From NCBI GenBank assembly GCA_965235115.1, contig OZ249441.1, positions 13,888,001 through 13,952,000 on the forward strand: a stretch of 64,000 bases of DNA, given 5' to 3'. The translations under genes were made by a program, and so were the position numbers. The notes beneath the pieces were generated by a model. It did no database searches. It had not been told where the DNA came from and saw nothing but the letters and a program-made list of their open reading frames with translations. The DNA comes from Laetmonice hystrix. Taxonomy: Eukaryota. How positions within the stretch are numbered: position 1 is the stretch's first letter; each line of letters opens with the position of its first letter. Positions 10,921 to 24,200 of the stretch are shown piece by piece.

Positions 10921-13900
10921 TAGTCCCCACCTTAAATGGTGGAACTGTTCATCAAAATGCTTAGCCACTTGTAATCAGGTAGGTTTTCTGTCACATATCG
11001 TCATAATATGTTTGACTACATGGATTGCACGAGAGATAGGCCTATAGAAGGAGAAGTTATTAGATGAGCCTCTCTAACATGCACACCTACATACCCTAAC
11101 GTCAGTGCGTGCTTTCCAGCAACACCCACGCCTCCCAAACCAGCAATGTAGCAGTATTTCCCTAACGTATCAAACATTACAACTGCCGACACCATCGCCT
11201 CCCACACCAAAACATGCGCTGCCGGATCCCAGCCGAAAATATTCAGTAGGCTGCGACGACAGTATTGACGCGTTTCCCACTGGGAATCGATATAATAAAG
11301 ATTCTGAATAAAAGTGGGGGAGACAGAGTGGATTAGGCCTGGGTGATCTAAGTGTAGAGTGGCCCCTTGTAGGCCCTGTATGCATATTGACAAAACCCAG
11401 GCGTATAAAATATAAACAAAATATAAACAATTCATTCTGGTATTTCTGAAGGATAATCACAACAGCCCAATACCCCCTTTGCAAAAGTTGGATCGGCCTT
11501 CTCGAGACGTAATATAGGCCCTGCCCTAATAATCGAGAGTATATATAATATATATACCAGACCTTGTGTTAGTGTTATAGTAGATGAGGTCAGCAATACC
11601 AACCCATCGATGTGCCTACATAATTTTTATATGTGGTGAAAATACCACACCCTCAAAGAAAATTGAAAGTTGAATATTTATTCCATTTGTTTGTTTCTTT
11701 TTGGAGGGGGCAATGTTGAATTTCGGAATTACAACTAACCTTAATTTGTGGGAGTATTCCAGTCCCGAATTTCTATTTCCACAATCCCATCCAATCAAAT
11801 CTGCATCCATCAGTAGACTTAAATTACCATTCATATAGCCTACTGGCTTGGCTTTCACTGTCTGCATGCGCGTCACTATTGGGGACTATAACATTATTGG
11901 TCAAAATTCTTGAAAATCATTTATATGGTGAGTACAATGAAATACCTTCCATATATATCCAACACAAAGACCTATTGTGTGTGGTCAGCTCAGAGGTATC
12001 ATGCAGACACCACCTTATTGCTTACGACGCTCACGGCAATGGGGTGGCCTCGTTCCCAATTACATCCGCTATACACGGCATTCAACAGCAGGTAGCACCG
12101 CCTTCTAGTTCACGGCTTATGATGAAGCAATTTATTATTCATCGCCCCCGCTAACCGGCCAGGCGAAGGATGTCCACAACCTGCCATCTTATCAACATTT
12201 AGGGACAGATGGGAACCACTATAATATCAGCGTCACAGCAAGGTTAAGGAGAGATAGATATCACAGTTTAATGGACTGAATAACATTATCTTTATTAGTG
12301 TAGATGTATTTTTAAAAACGAATTATACGCTAATCGTTTATTTTGATTATCTAGTTATTTCTAATTTCTCTAGTTAACATTTAGTTGAAATACCAGAGAA
12401 TAAAGGAACACAGGAAGCGTGCGCTCCCGCCCCCACTCTCTACACAGTTCGTTAGAATGCTTTCACGTGCAATCGAAAAATACAATGATCTCCCATTGCA
12501 GTGGTATTTCTAAGTCGATATCATTATCGTGATAGTGTCAGTATGTTATTTAAAAATTGATATTTCATTGCATTCGACAGTCACGTCCTGAACATGGGCG
12601 TTCACATGTGGTTATTATACTCTATATGTCGGCACTTCGCCTATTCAAGGACTGGATGTTATAACAGTCTGTTGTGTGAATAGAAAATGATCTCTAATCT
12701 GTTACGTGCATTGGGCATATCGTGTATATCTATACTCTTTTATACTCAATCGTTGCCAAAGGTAATATGGCAGATTGTAAATGACCGAGTTTAAAAACCC
12801 CTCCTCACTGATGTAGATCGCACGACATTCTGTACGTCAGATTGCGTCTATACTATAAGTGATAGGATTGATAATGTTTAATGGACAGGTTACATATACA
12901 TGTATTGCATGGGAATGTACCATGCAGCCCATTATAGACCTATTATGTGTTGATACAACGGAGACGTCATTATTATTAAGTCCTTAAAGGGAAGTGGGCG
13001 TATGATGTCGGTGGACGAGCAGGAGGAGGCTGAAGTTATACACTTCTGCTACTAGCCCAAGGGGGCGTCGGAAAGGGTGCAGTAAAACTAATAGCCTCTA
13101 TAGGACAGACAAAGACACATTGTTCGCAATAAATCCCAATGCACCTGCTTCGAAAATAGCTGGTAGATACGTCGATACTTCATGCAGCAGGTGTACGTCT
13201 CATATACTTGGAAATATCTTATCCAAGTAATATGGGCCTACCGTCTGAGTACTGCATGAAATAGGTAATATCTTGATGTTTGACGAGTGGAAGAAATCAA
13301 ATGAGACGGTTTAAACGTATGGCCTACTGACATTTAACTTCCAACGCTAAAACATGACGCTGGAACGGCATCACATTAAAATTTCATTAGAAACAATTTT
13401 ATTAAAAGAGCGACTCCGATGTTGATACCCGCCACACCTGCTCTACATTAACCACATAAACTCTACATCTGAACTATTATCTTAAACCGCCTCGGACCTA
13501 CATTCTGAGACTTTATATAAAGGGCACTAGTACAGGGCATGAATATAAGACATGGTTCGCATCGCTTTATTAACGGAGATGTAGGCCCTATAAAGCACTG
13601 AGGACGAATTCAAGTGACAGATGTGTAGGTGATAACCGTACTGAATTCCAATCAGAGTTAGAGAAACTTGAGAACCACTAAAACCTCTGCTGCAAACGTG
13701 TCGGGAAGAAGAAGAAAATGCAATTACGGAGAGGGCAAGGAGGGCATACATCTTGCAACAACATCGACTCAAGTATTGGCGAACGTTTCGAAAGCGAGGT
13801 TTCGAGGGCAAATCATCCAAGTCATGGAATTGGAATCGCCTACTCTGACCTGTGTCTGTAACAGGCCTACTAATTTGATATCACCTCAAATTGAACCCAG

Positions 13901-16764
13901 AATAAGCTGCTTTTGCCTCAAGCTTATGAGTATATCATATTTAAGGCTTATGGGTAACAAAATAACAAAAATTATATTTGTTCTGGCTCTGTTGAGATCA
14001 TCAAACGTCAATAATTTCTGTGCACATAAAAGTCTGGAGGATGATTGCATGCCTTTGTGAAGTTCGGCAGGTCAAATGGTAGTGCATGGCCATATGCCAT
14101 CCTGCCTGTTTGCCATTGCATTGGATGGAATATCTGCTGTGTATAGCTCAGCCCACTTATACAGAAACACACACGCAACCCCCATCCACATGAACATTCA
14201 ACACGACTGGCGGCTGCATCTACAAGTATAACCCATGTTGGCCATACACAAGCACTGCCATACCCTTGAGATATGGTGACGTAGGAGATCGGTAATAGAA
14301 AATTCCCCTGCAACCTACAGCCGTACCCGGCGGTACAGACAGACTCTGCCCTCGTGGTCTCCCATCCCGTCGGAGCCGTTTCTGTCTGAAACATGACGTG
14401 CCACCAAGACGTGCTCGTTCCCTTCATCTCGCGCACTGCTTGTCTAACAATCGAACCCGGAGGCTTCGGCTGGTTCGTCCTTGACAGTGTCAGATTATGT
14501 AGGCATACAACAATCAATCAGTACGTGCCATCCAATTCCATTTTTGTGCTTCGTTGACCCCCCCCCCCCCCACCGGGTTGGTGTGGAAAGGGAGTGAGCG
14601 CTCGTTGGCACTAGAAACATTATGTGATTGTATATCTTATTATATGTGATTGTATATCTTATTTCACATGACTGGGTGTCATATCATAGCATCATTACAT
14701 TAGAGGATACTATTTGTACGTGTAACTATTATTTATAGCCATCGATATCTGCAAACGACCACTATCAGTACAATAGATATGGCATCAATTTCATTTAAAT
14801 TGCATGTGAGGTTACCACATTTTCCACGGACAATACGTTCCATGCCGTTTAATTTGGTATAAGCGATGATAATTGTTCAGAATTATTCCCACAAATAACA
14901 AGATTGAGAACATCAGGAACATTGTAATTTCCTTGGATTTACATGGTTTGAAGCAGAACTTGTTACGTTCAAGTCAGACTATACTGCATATCAGATGTCT
15001 TCCTGACGGCCGTCCTACTTATACCTGCTGGTGTAACCCACCCCCCTGTGGTATCAGGTATATACTTACCTGTCCCTCTGGTGTCACGGATACTATACTT
15101 GCCGAACGGATGTGATCTCGGCGAGTGTGTTATAGAAATGGCTATGGTCAGAATGACGGCCCGATGTATGAGGGCCAGCAAATGGTCGTCTCTGTCAGCA
15201 GGAAGCCACCCCGTGCGTCGTCAGGCGGCTCGCCGGCTTAGTTCCCATTCGATATACCCCGCCTCCGTCTTTATATACAAAACACAGCTCGCACAGGTGT
15301 TCTGCCGGAAATACTATCTAAAAGGTGGAAGCTGTCGAATGAAGCAAATAAAGTGCTGACACATTCTCTGTATGGACACATAGCGCGGCCAGTCATGTTT
15401 TTGGTTCCCGTAAAATGATCGCCTCCTATAGGACCGACGTCTATAACGATAGAAACCGAAATATGCACATGAATGTGTTGCTAGGTATAGTATGCATTCA
15501 TGTAAGTAGGCCTAGGCCTACATGACTGTATAGTATGTATAGGCTTACATATTCCTTTACGTGGTAAATAAATAGCTAAATTTAAAAAATGAAGTCGAGT
15601 ACATTTCCTGAAAATACGGTTACACAGATATATAGAAGGTCTAATATTGATCAAGGAAGGTTCATTTACACAAGATAATGCGCAAATGTTTTGATCACCA
15701 CGGATTCAGTGACATTGCTTATTTGGACTCCTCTCATCTCTGCCTCGGCGCCTGGTTCTCCTTCATCATACGGCGGCGCAAACGACGCCACATGACAACT
15801 CCTTCAATATGGTCACAAACCTCGGACGAGAGCCGCACTCACTGGCGTCGTCAACTTCGGTGGCGCCAGATATGTAGTAATGACCACCACCCAACGCTCC
15901 TTGAGGCTCCGACTCGTATCAACTTCCAAGTCATTGGTGCACATTTCCAGTAATCAATGTATTTGTAGCAGTAACTTTCCCTTCAGGTATAAACTTTATA
16001 GCGTTACATGACATACTCTTGCACCTCTTCGAGGAGGATTCATATCCTCCTCGAATTACATATACTGCCGCCGGACCGTCATTATCACCAGTGGAAGCAA
16101 TAAAACCAGGAGTAAAGAAACTCGAGAGAATTTTTTATCGGTTACAATCAATTATCTCTGCCTTCCTGTGGTAATTCGATTTTTAAATGAGGTGTGCACG
16201 GTATATTTATACAAAGGCAAACGCGAGGTAAATATAGGGATCCTAGCGGATGATAATAATGATTTTAATGAGGTGACTGTTTAAGATAAAAACAGCCAGC
16301 CTACTCTGTCTATACATGTTCCGTTCAGGGGGATCCCGCCTACAGGGAATGAGTTATTTTTATAGCCGAATTTGCGCTTATACAAAACGATATATCAATT
16401 CGTATAGGCCGTACGCAGGGGAGGGGGGGGGGGTCCGGGGTGTCTGTAACACCCCCCTTCCCACCAAAGTCGATTGGGCTTGCATTATAAGGTAATTTTC
16501 CGGCATGCCCCCGGACCCCCCTGGCATGACTATACCCCCAGAGCGTATTACCCCCCCCCCCCCACTCAAAAAACCTGCGCACCTGAGTTTGCATATCATC
16601 CGATGTGTTTTTTTTACATACCTGTTATTAGAAATAGTTTTTTTAAACTTCTTTCGGCACAAAGTCTAGCTCCAATTATATCGCCGAAGTATAAAGTAAG
16701 CAAGGGTTTGCTTTGGGAAACAATAAATGAATAATATTCTATACTTTTCAGGGCGCCAGGTCCG

Positions 16765-18730
16765 ATGCACACAACCATGCTACACCAAGTAGTGCTTGCC
16801 ACCTTCCTAGTGGTCGTATCTTCAGCGCCGCTCACTCCTCTTAAAGCCCCGGACGATGTCGGGAAGTCAGTGGCACTCCGAAGTGTGTATTAATTATTAT
16901 AATGCTAAACGGTAAAAAGGTGTCCCACGAGGGTTAAGGTGGAAACGAAGGAAAAACCTGCCCCTCACAGGGACTGAGAAGTCATTACATATATACAACA
17001 GATTTGAAATGTGAACACCTTCGTTTGTATTATTTTTGTTCATACTGAAACAATAAATTAATGAACACAACAGGGATGAGACTTTCCGCCGATCGGACGA
17101 CTTGCGTCGTTTTGTCGGTTTCTATAGCGGCCTATTAATATCTGACCCTCGTTTTCATCATCGCTCTGTCTCATCAGTGTTTATAATTAAATATATTTTT
17201 CAGATAAACGTTCAGAGGAAGCTATTATCTATGGCAACCACCAAAACATGGCCCGCATCAAAAAAGGAGATCCGCACCCAAGACCGTTCCAATTGACCCC
17301 ACAAAGTTCCGAGCAAGACATTGACGATGATACTGTGAAACCAGCCGGTTCTGCTCCAGACGAAGTCAGCCTCCCGGTGCCCAAAGAACCAGTCAGCGAA
17401 CAGCAAGAGGACGACGTGGTGGCTGGCATTAATAACTTGGTCTCACCTCATGACGACAAAACCCCCGACCAGGACATGACGGAAGACGAGGAGAAAGAGA
17501 TTGAAAAGCTTTTGCAGCCGGATGACGCAGATAACATTGACGTCGAGGAGAAGAATCTAGAGCGTCTACTCGAGGCGGAGCAAAGCAGTGAGAAAATTGA
17601 TGAGGAAACTTTAAATGAACTCAGAAACGAAGAATTCAGTGTGGACAATCCAGGCACTGTAGTCGACGAGTACCCGAATGATGACGATGAGTCGTCGGGA
17701 GACGGGGAACTTGGGCTTCCTGAGAATGATATTTTTAGAGGCAAGTATAATATATATAGAGAGAGCTAAACGTTTTTAAGCAGAAATGCTGGTAGATTTA
17801 TAATTAGTCTATAATTTATTTATTTTGTTATGAACAGGTGATTATTACGACGATGATGGGTACGTCGACGAGTCCTATCCAGATTTTACCGGTACTTATG
17901 ATGGGCAACAACAGTCTGGACTCCTTAAGGCGTTTCGAGAAAAGAGAAGCACGGCCAAGAACAAAAAGGCACGCAGCATACCCAAAATTATCAACGCGGA
18001 AGACATGAGCATGATGAGCGATGTTACTGGAAAACTAGGAGGTCGAGTGAAACGCGACCTGGCGCTCTCCCCCGAGGAACTTCAAGCGTTCCTCGACAGT
18101 GAATACGGCGGCAATGATGAACCATATGATGACATTGACAGGAGGACTGCTCCCTCTGAAAACTGGTCCAGCGATGACATGGAGGACTTGCTAAAAGACG
18201 AAATAGCACGGTACGATATCGACCCCAGGTCTTACGACATGCCGGATTATATGCCGGACGAGAGCGAGGGAGCTCCGGTGGAATACGGCAACCAGGAGGC
18301 AGACCTTGCTCTCCTCAGGTACCTGTACGGCGAGGGCGGCGACGGGCCCGTGCTTGATTACCCTAATGAGGTGGAGGAGACTTGGGAGGACCTAGGGCCA
18401 GCGCAAGAGATCCGCTACGAACCTCCATTCTATAATCCCGAGCCTGAATCTGAGCCGCCCAGGAAAAGGCAGTATATGAGCTTTGTGCCTGGTGTACGTA
18501 AAAGGGAACCGGACTTTTACCCCTACCAGTACGGACCGGATAGTCGGTGGGGGGCCTTTGTTCTACAGCCCGAGCTGGAGAAACGAAGCGAAGTCAAGGA
18601 GTACGAGAAACTGTTCGAGTTGGCGCAGGCACTAAACGGGCCTGAATCGGAGACAGACATGGAACAACGACGAGAGAGTAATTCCCCCCAGGAGGAAGAA
18701 TCTGATTACTGGACGGAGAGGAGAAAATAA
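16765..18730 (+). CDS. Secreted acidic prohormone / neuropeptide precursor, 515 aa, granin-like, resembling NVP-like/prohormone-2
   Basis: Exons 16765-16882, 17204-17740, 17838-18730 total 1548 nt with matching phases (1,1). Signal-peptide-like MHTTMLHQVVLATFLVVVSS|APL; many D/E residues; basic cleavage sites NKR, IKK, EKR, VKR, RKR x2, EKR, QRR. Confidence 0.85.
17741..17837 (+). other. GC-AG intron in the prohormone gene
   Basis: AG|GCAAGT donor and AACAG| acceptor; joins two acidic open frames in phase; without splicing the frame stops at 17769. Confidence 0.8.
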
Positions 18731-19597
18731 GAGATCGACGGGAATGAGACTTCGCCCCAAATCTAACTGGTAGGTTGGCGACTCCAGTTTGAAGATGGTG
18801 TCGAGGGAGTACTTTTGGAAAAATGTCGAGGATGTCGATTTAAACTAAACTGCTGTCGTGAAACCTTTCTTTAAAGAAAATGTTTTTTTTTCATAAATCT
18901 TGTGTTCATCAAAACAGTCGTGTGTTGCAGGATTCACCGCCCACGTTGCCATTCCACGTGAGCCACCTAGCGAAACAAGCTCTCGACAACCGGACGTGCC
19001 CATCTCTTCATCACCAATGGGAATCTATGACATTGGCCTATCGCACGCAGCTCACGGCACATCTTTGTCACAATGCACGAACGAACTTAAAGTTTTCTTT
19101 TTCGCGAGTTATTTTGATATGTTAACATATGTAAGGCATGATAAATCACCCGATTAATGTGAACCCGGCCACAAAGAGTATGTTAGGGAGTGTTTATAAA
19201 TGCCAGATATTTCAAAAACCGAATGGAAATTATTAAAAAGCATATAAGAAGACAGTGGGTATAACATCGTCATAATGCTGCGCCGCGGGCACGGCGAATA
19301 TTATCTATAGGTTCGGACCTACTGTATTTCCTCCTCGAGATACAAATAGAACTCAGTTATGTTGCAAATGCAAGGCTGTGTATTATTTTTCGAAGCATTG
19401 CCTATACTTAGCCAACAGTTACCTGCCTATCATTGTGAACCTGCCAGGGACGTTGTTCGGTGTGAAGGAGTCAGTTAAAGATTATAATTATAAGCATTAC
19501 CTTTACCATTACCTTCGTGATGCATGACCAGCGTCCGTGATTCAGTTATAAAGACAGTTTACTGATGCAGGTCGCTGATGTACTATACTGTATGTGA

Positions 19598-19792
19598 NNN
19601 NNNNNNNNNNNNNNNNNNNNNNNNNNNNNNNNNNNNNNNNNNNNNNNNNNNNNNNNNNNNNNNNNNNNNNNNNNNNNNNNNNNNNNNNNNNNNNNNNNNN
19701 NNNNNNNNNNNNNNNNNNNNNNNNNNNNNNNNNNNNNNNNNNNNNNNNNNNNNNNNNNNNNNNNNNNNNNNNNNNNNNNNNNNNNNNNNNNN
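19598..19792. other. Assembly gap (195 N)
   Basis: Run of N. Confidence 1.
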
Positions 19793-19978
19793 AGGCAGGC
19801 AGGGAGGGGGCAGGGGGGGCAGGCAGGGAGGCAGGCAGGGGCAGGGGGAGGCAGACAGGCAGGGAGGGGGCAGGGGGAGGCAGGCAGGGGCAGGGGGGAG
19901 GCAGGCAGGCAGGCAGGCAGGGAGGGGGCAGGGGGGAGGCAGGCAGCGAGGCAGGCAGCGAGGCAGGGAGGGAGGGAC
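19793..19978. repeat. G-rich (AGGC/AGGG/GGGGC) tandem repeat abutting the gap
   Basis: Visible AGGCAGGG(A/G)GGGGGC units; many G-runs. Confidence 0.9.
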
Positions 19979-20157
19979 TGTCGTGTGTGTGAGAGTGATT
20001 TATTATCAGATCGAGGACGACCACGCCCATGATTAGAGTTGACACCATCATACTTTTTCGCTAGCGTTTATGTATCATCACCATAACACCATGATAATAT
20101 GAGTAATATATATGAGTATCATATTATACATAATATTCAATGAGTAATATACCGAGA

Positions 20158-20235
20158 TAAGAAGAGAAAAAAGAAGCAGAAGAAGAAGAAGAAGAAGACG
20201 AATGAGGAGAAGAAGGAGAAGAAGAAGGAGAAGAC
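20158..20235. repeat. (GAA/GGA)n microsatellite
   Basis: AGAAGAAGA.. run. Confidence 0.9.
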
Positions 20236-20583
20236 AACAAATGTACACTAACAACAACAAATGCTTCGAACAGGTATCGATCAAGTGGCACCTCTGTATA
20301 TCCTCTATATACATTTACACAAGTCCTGTATATCTTTCCCCTTATGGCACTTTTGATTTCCTTTATAGGGTAAACTGGTTTCCTCCAGAAGTCAAATTGA
20401 CTGGTTATGAATCTGGCTGTTACTGTTCAAAGAACTCCAATCCTTCTGGTAGTCTGCAATGCTATCTGGGCGTATATCTTCAAGTAGTATACACAAAATG
20501 GCGTTTGTGTCAGGTCTGTATTTTGTACAAAACGCTTTCTTTCTGGCACACGTATAGTCATTTCCCCAGTAGGGCCGTATAGC

Positions 20584-20622
20584 GGGGTGGGGGTGGGGGT
20601 GGGGGTGGGGGTGGGGGTGGGG
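20584..20622. repeat. (GGGGGT)n microsatellite
   Basis: About six consecutive GGGG(G)T units. Confidence 0.9.
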
Positions 20623-21249
20623 TTACAGTTAACCCCTCTCACAAATTCCGAAAAGTGGCTTTGTTGATAGGCGCCGATCGGTTGGTGGAAGCGGGGCTGG
20701 CGGCACACTGTATACATGCACAGATGTTTAAAAAAGGCTAGTACATGGAAAAAGGGACCAACATGGAAAAATGGACCAACAAATAACGATAACGATTCAT
20801 GAATATTAAAATCACAGTATCATTTAATCTACAGTCGGTATACAAAAAGGCAGGCCTAATTACTAACTCTCAGGGAAGAGTAAATTATGCCATAATATCT
20901 GATATTGTCTGAATCGGTTTATTCTACTAAAAAATACGGACGATACGAGGTGTCTACTGTAACCAAAGCACGAGGTATGACAAAGGTTGCATACATTTGC
21001 TAACCTACCCGACCTCAACGCTGAACCAAGCTGCTATAACAGTGGCGTCATCGTTCGCCATGCTGCCAGCAGGTGCGCGTGCGAATGCGCGTGCACCCCG
21101 GCGCATCTAGCTCTCCGTGAGCGAATACATAATTTCTGTGATGAATTCAAGATGTCTGCGCCTACGCCACCATCGTGATTGCGAACAAAATCACAATATC
21201 GTATCTGTCCGCCGCAGCTGGCCTCTGGTGCAGCGTTAACTCCATCACC

Positions 21250-24200
21250 ATGGACCCACTCGGCTACGCCTTCCAGACACCCACTTGGACTCTCCGTCTG
21301 CGTTCTTTTCTCTCTCAGTTCCTGGATCTGTTCAGCGAATTCGGCGGCTACAACACACCGACCTACCGCCATGACCGATGCGAGAGGTAAGCGCGTTAAC
21401 TATGGACATCTTACACTACAATCCATTGTCAGCCTAACCATGCTTGGCCTATGCTATAGCCTATCTCGTCATACCAAACAAATGAGTAAGGCCTATAGAT
21501 TACCTTCATCAGACCGTATGATATAGGCCTATTGCCGGTTATAACCTATTATTTAGAAACCGCTCAATGGAGACATGCAAGAGACCTGCAAAATATGTGA
21601 CTCCAATAGCCTATAGATACTCAATGTCGGTGACATAATCTTGGTACAGGCCGATATAATAATAGGGGTCTATAGGCTACTATACTAGTACCATATAGGT
21701 AGTTCATAAATTGAGAATAGACCTAAAGTTATGCGGATTCCAAGGCTTTTTACCTGCATGGCTTTGCTTTAGAATTCGATTCCCTGTAAAGTCCCTTTAA
21801 CAACGATACCATATGGTAGGTTGGCCTAGGCTTACTACGCAATTGACATTGGCTAGCCGGCGCCAATAATTACCTTTAGGCCTATCAAGTAGCCTTTCCA
21901 GGGCCGGATCCATGATTTTTTCTTCTAGGGGGGGGGGGGGGGGGGTCCGAAATTATTATTTTATGAAAAATAGCCTATAACGTTTGTATACTTATCGCTT
22001 TAGATTCTAGATTCACACTGCATGTGGTTCCTGGGCTGGAGGACGAACATTTGACACCTTTGTTCCTTTTCTTTTCTTTTCTTTTTATTTCTAAGGGGGG
22101 GGGGGGGGTGCACCCCCCCCCCCTGGATTCGGCCCTGTTATCATGGCCAGGCAGGCTGTCAAAATACCCGGTAGTCGATTTTGAGAACCTTCAAATCGAG
22201 GTTGTAAAATAGGCCAACGGCTACACACACTGTCACTGACTTGGCGATCATGCAGTGCAAAAATTTTCCTAGTCCTAACGTTCTACACACGTAGGCCTAC
22301 GCCTATAGTATACGTAGCATGTCCAGGGTGCAGCCATAAGATTATTAAGAAATCAACAAGAATAAAATTAAGGGCTCGACGCGCAGGAGCGTGTCGGGGG
22401 GGGGGGGGGGGCAGTGGCGGATCCAGGATTTCAGAAGGGCGGGGGGCAACTTTTGTTGGATAAAAAGTGGCCCATTTTTGGGGGGTCTGGGGGCCCTCCA
22501 CCAGATCTTTTTTTTCAAGAATGTCGAAAACATGTTTTCTGAACATGTAGGCCTAGAGTAGAAATTTCTCCCAAATTCTTTAACGAAATTCCATTATTTT
22601 TAAGCATGAAACATAGAAAATAGGCAAGATTTTGGAAAATAGGGGGCGGGCCGGGTGCCCCCCTGCATCCGTCACTGGGGGCCGGGGGGGGGGGGGGGTC
22701 AGGGGTCGAACCCCCTTGGCTTGGATTGAGCTGGATAATGTGGATTGACGCGCGCCTTCGGCGCCTGTGCTTTTGTTTGACCACCACGGACAACGCGACC
22801 CCCTTGCGAGATAAAACAGCTCACACTGCATCAATCAATCTAGGACACTGCATAGGCATAGATCTAAACTCAGAAGTGACACAGACGTTATACGGGTGGC
22901 CTTCACATCAACAACACACAAGATATAGGCCTAACCGTGATTTGTGGCTTGCACACCCTGTCACATTGGTGACAGCTGTCATGATGTAAACGGATGTAAA
23001 CAAATGAACTTCCGCTGAGGCATGCGCAATGCACTCACCTTCTGCCAAACAGGAAACACGAAAGTACAGGGGTGTGGTGTCGAGGGTGTCAGGCCTAATG
23101 ATGCAGGAAGCCAGGCTATACGAAATTGAACCGTAAGTTAACTGTGAACATACCCATGTCAGTGCCTCACGTACCACAGAGGAAATAAAAGAGAGACTGC
23201 GGAGTCTTCGCGCCCTGGTCATTGATAATGAGCAAACTTGTAAAGTTGTAGGCCTAGTTCTCGACCCTCAGCCTCAGGCTCACTGCAGTCAGAGTTGACC
23301 GTGACCGTGCCCGAACGTGATCAGCGGCCGGTCGACCGGCCTCGGGACCGCGTATCTGGGCCGGGGTGGAGAGATACAGGCATGCCACCATTCATTATAA
23401 TAACCTGCCAACACACCCTGCACCTGCACAGTCAGGCCCTGACCTGCCAACAAAACCAACACACCCTGCCACATGTTAACAAGTCCTGTCTTGTGTGAGC
23501 CACATAATCCAAGTGTAAAGTGACATATATTGCTAAATCAAATATGTCAATGTAAAAAAAAAAATGTCAATGTAATACAAAAGAAACAACCAAACACAGG
23601 TCAGGAGATAAAGATTGTCATTGTCATTTATATATAATATGTGCCGTACTGTCGCGAAGCTAAATCATGTTTGGGAATTGGCATTTCAAATCAATATTAT
23701 ACTAGTACATGTATTTGTACTATTGTAGTATCAGGGACAGGGTAGCATGACCATGAGTCGCGCACCCAATTTAACACTGCATTGGTTTAGGCCAATCCCT
23801 TACAACTGATGTAATCTGAAAGCCCATTTTTTACTCTTTCTTGTGGTTCTTGAATTATCCACCAGAGGCCAGAACGGTTTTTATTTAGGGTGAGTGGATG
23901 ACTCAAGGTACGTGGGCAATGCTACTCTATAGTATAAGTAATTCAAGTAGGCCTAATTTGTAAAAACTGAGCAAAAGTAGGCCTACTGATTTGTCATTGT
24001 TTTATTTCAGGTCTGTACAGATGCGCCTGTACACGCTGAACAAGCGTCAGTTTGTTCTTGTCTTTGTTACTTTCTTCGTCTCGTTTGGCATCACTCTCCT
24101 GGTTGGGCTGACAGGTAATATGATGTTAATTGGAAATGGTATCTGCCTTGCAGCAGTAACATGATATGTCTAGTGAATGAAAGAAAGAAGAAAAAAATGG

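Noticed and set aside
13640-14060. Purine-rich stretch and 130-aa ORF upstream of the prohormone
   Set aside because: No motif, stops in the alternative frames, no supporting splice sites.
16394-16587. G/C-tract MITE-like remnant
   Set aside because: Ends too degenerate to define TIRs reliably.
19542-20051. ORFs spanning the N-run and G-rich repeat
   Set aside because: Artefacts of translating Ns and a simple repeat.
22908-23222. Antisense ORF with an AAG|GTGAGT donor in TMEM181 intron 1
   Set aside because: No ATG start or downstream exon; the plus-strand alternative exon explains the region better.
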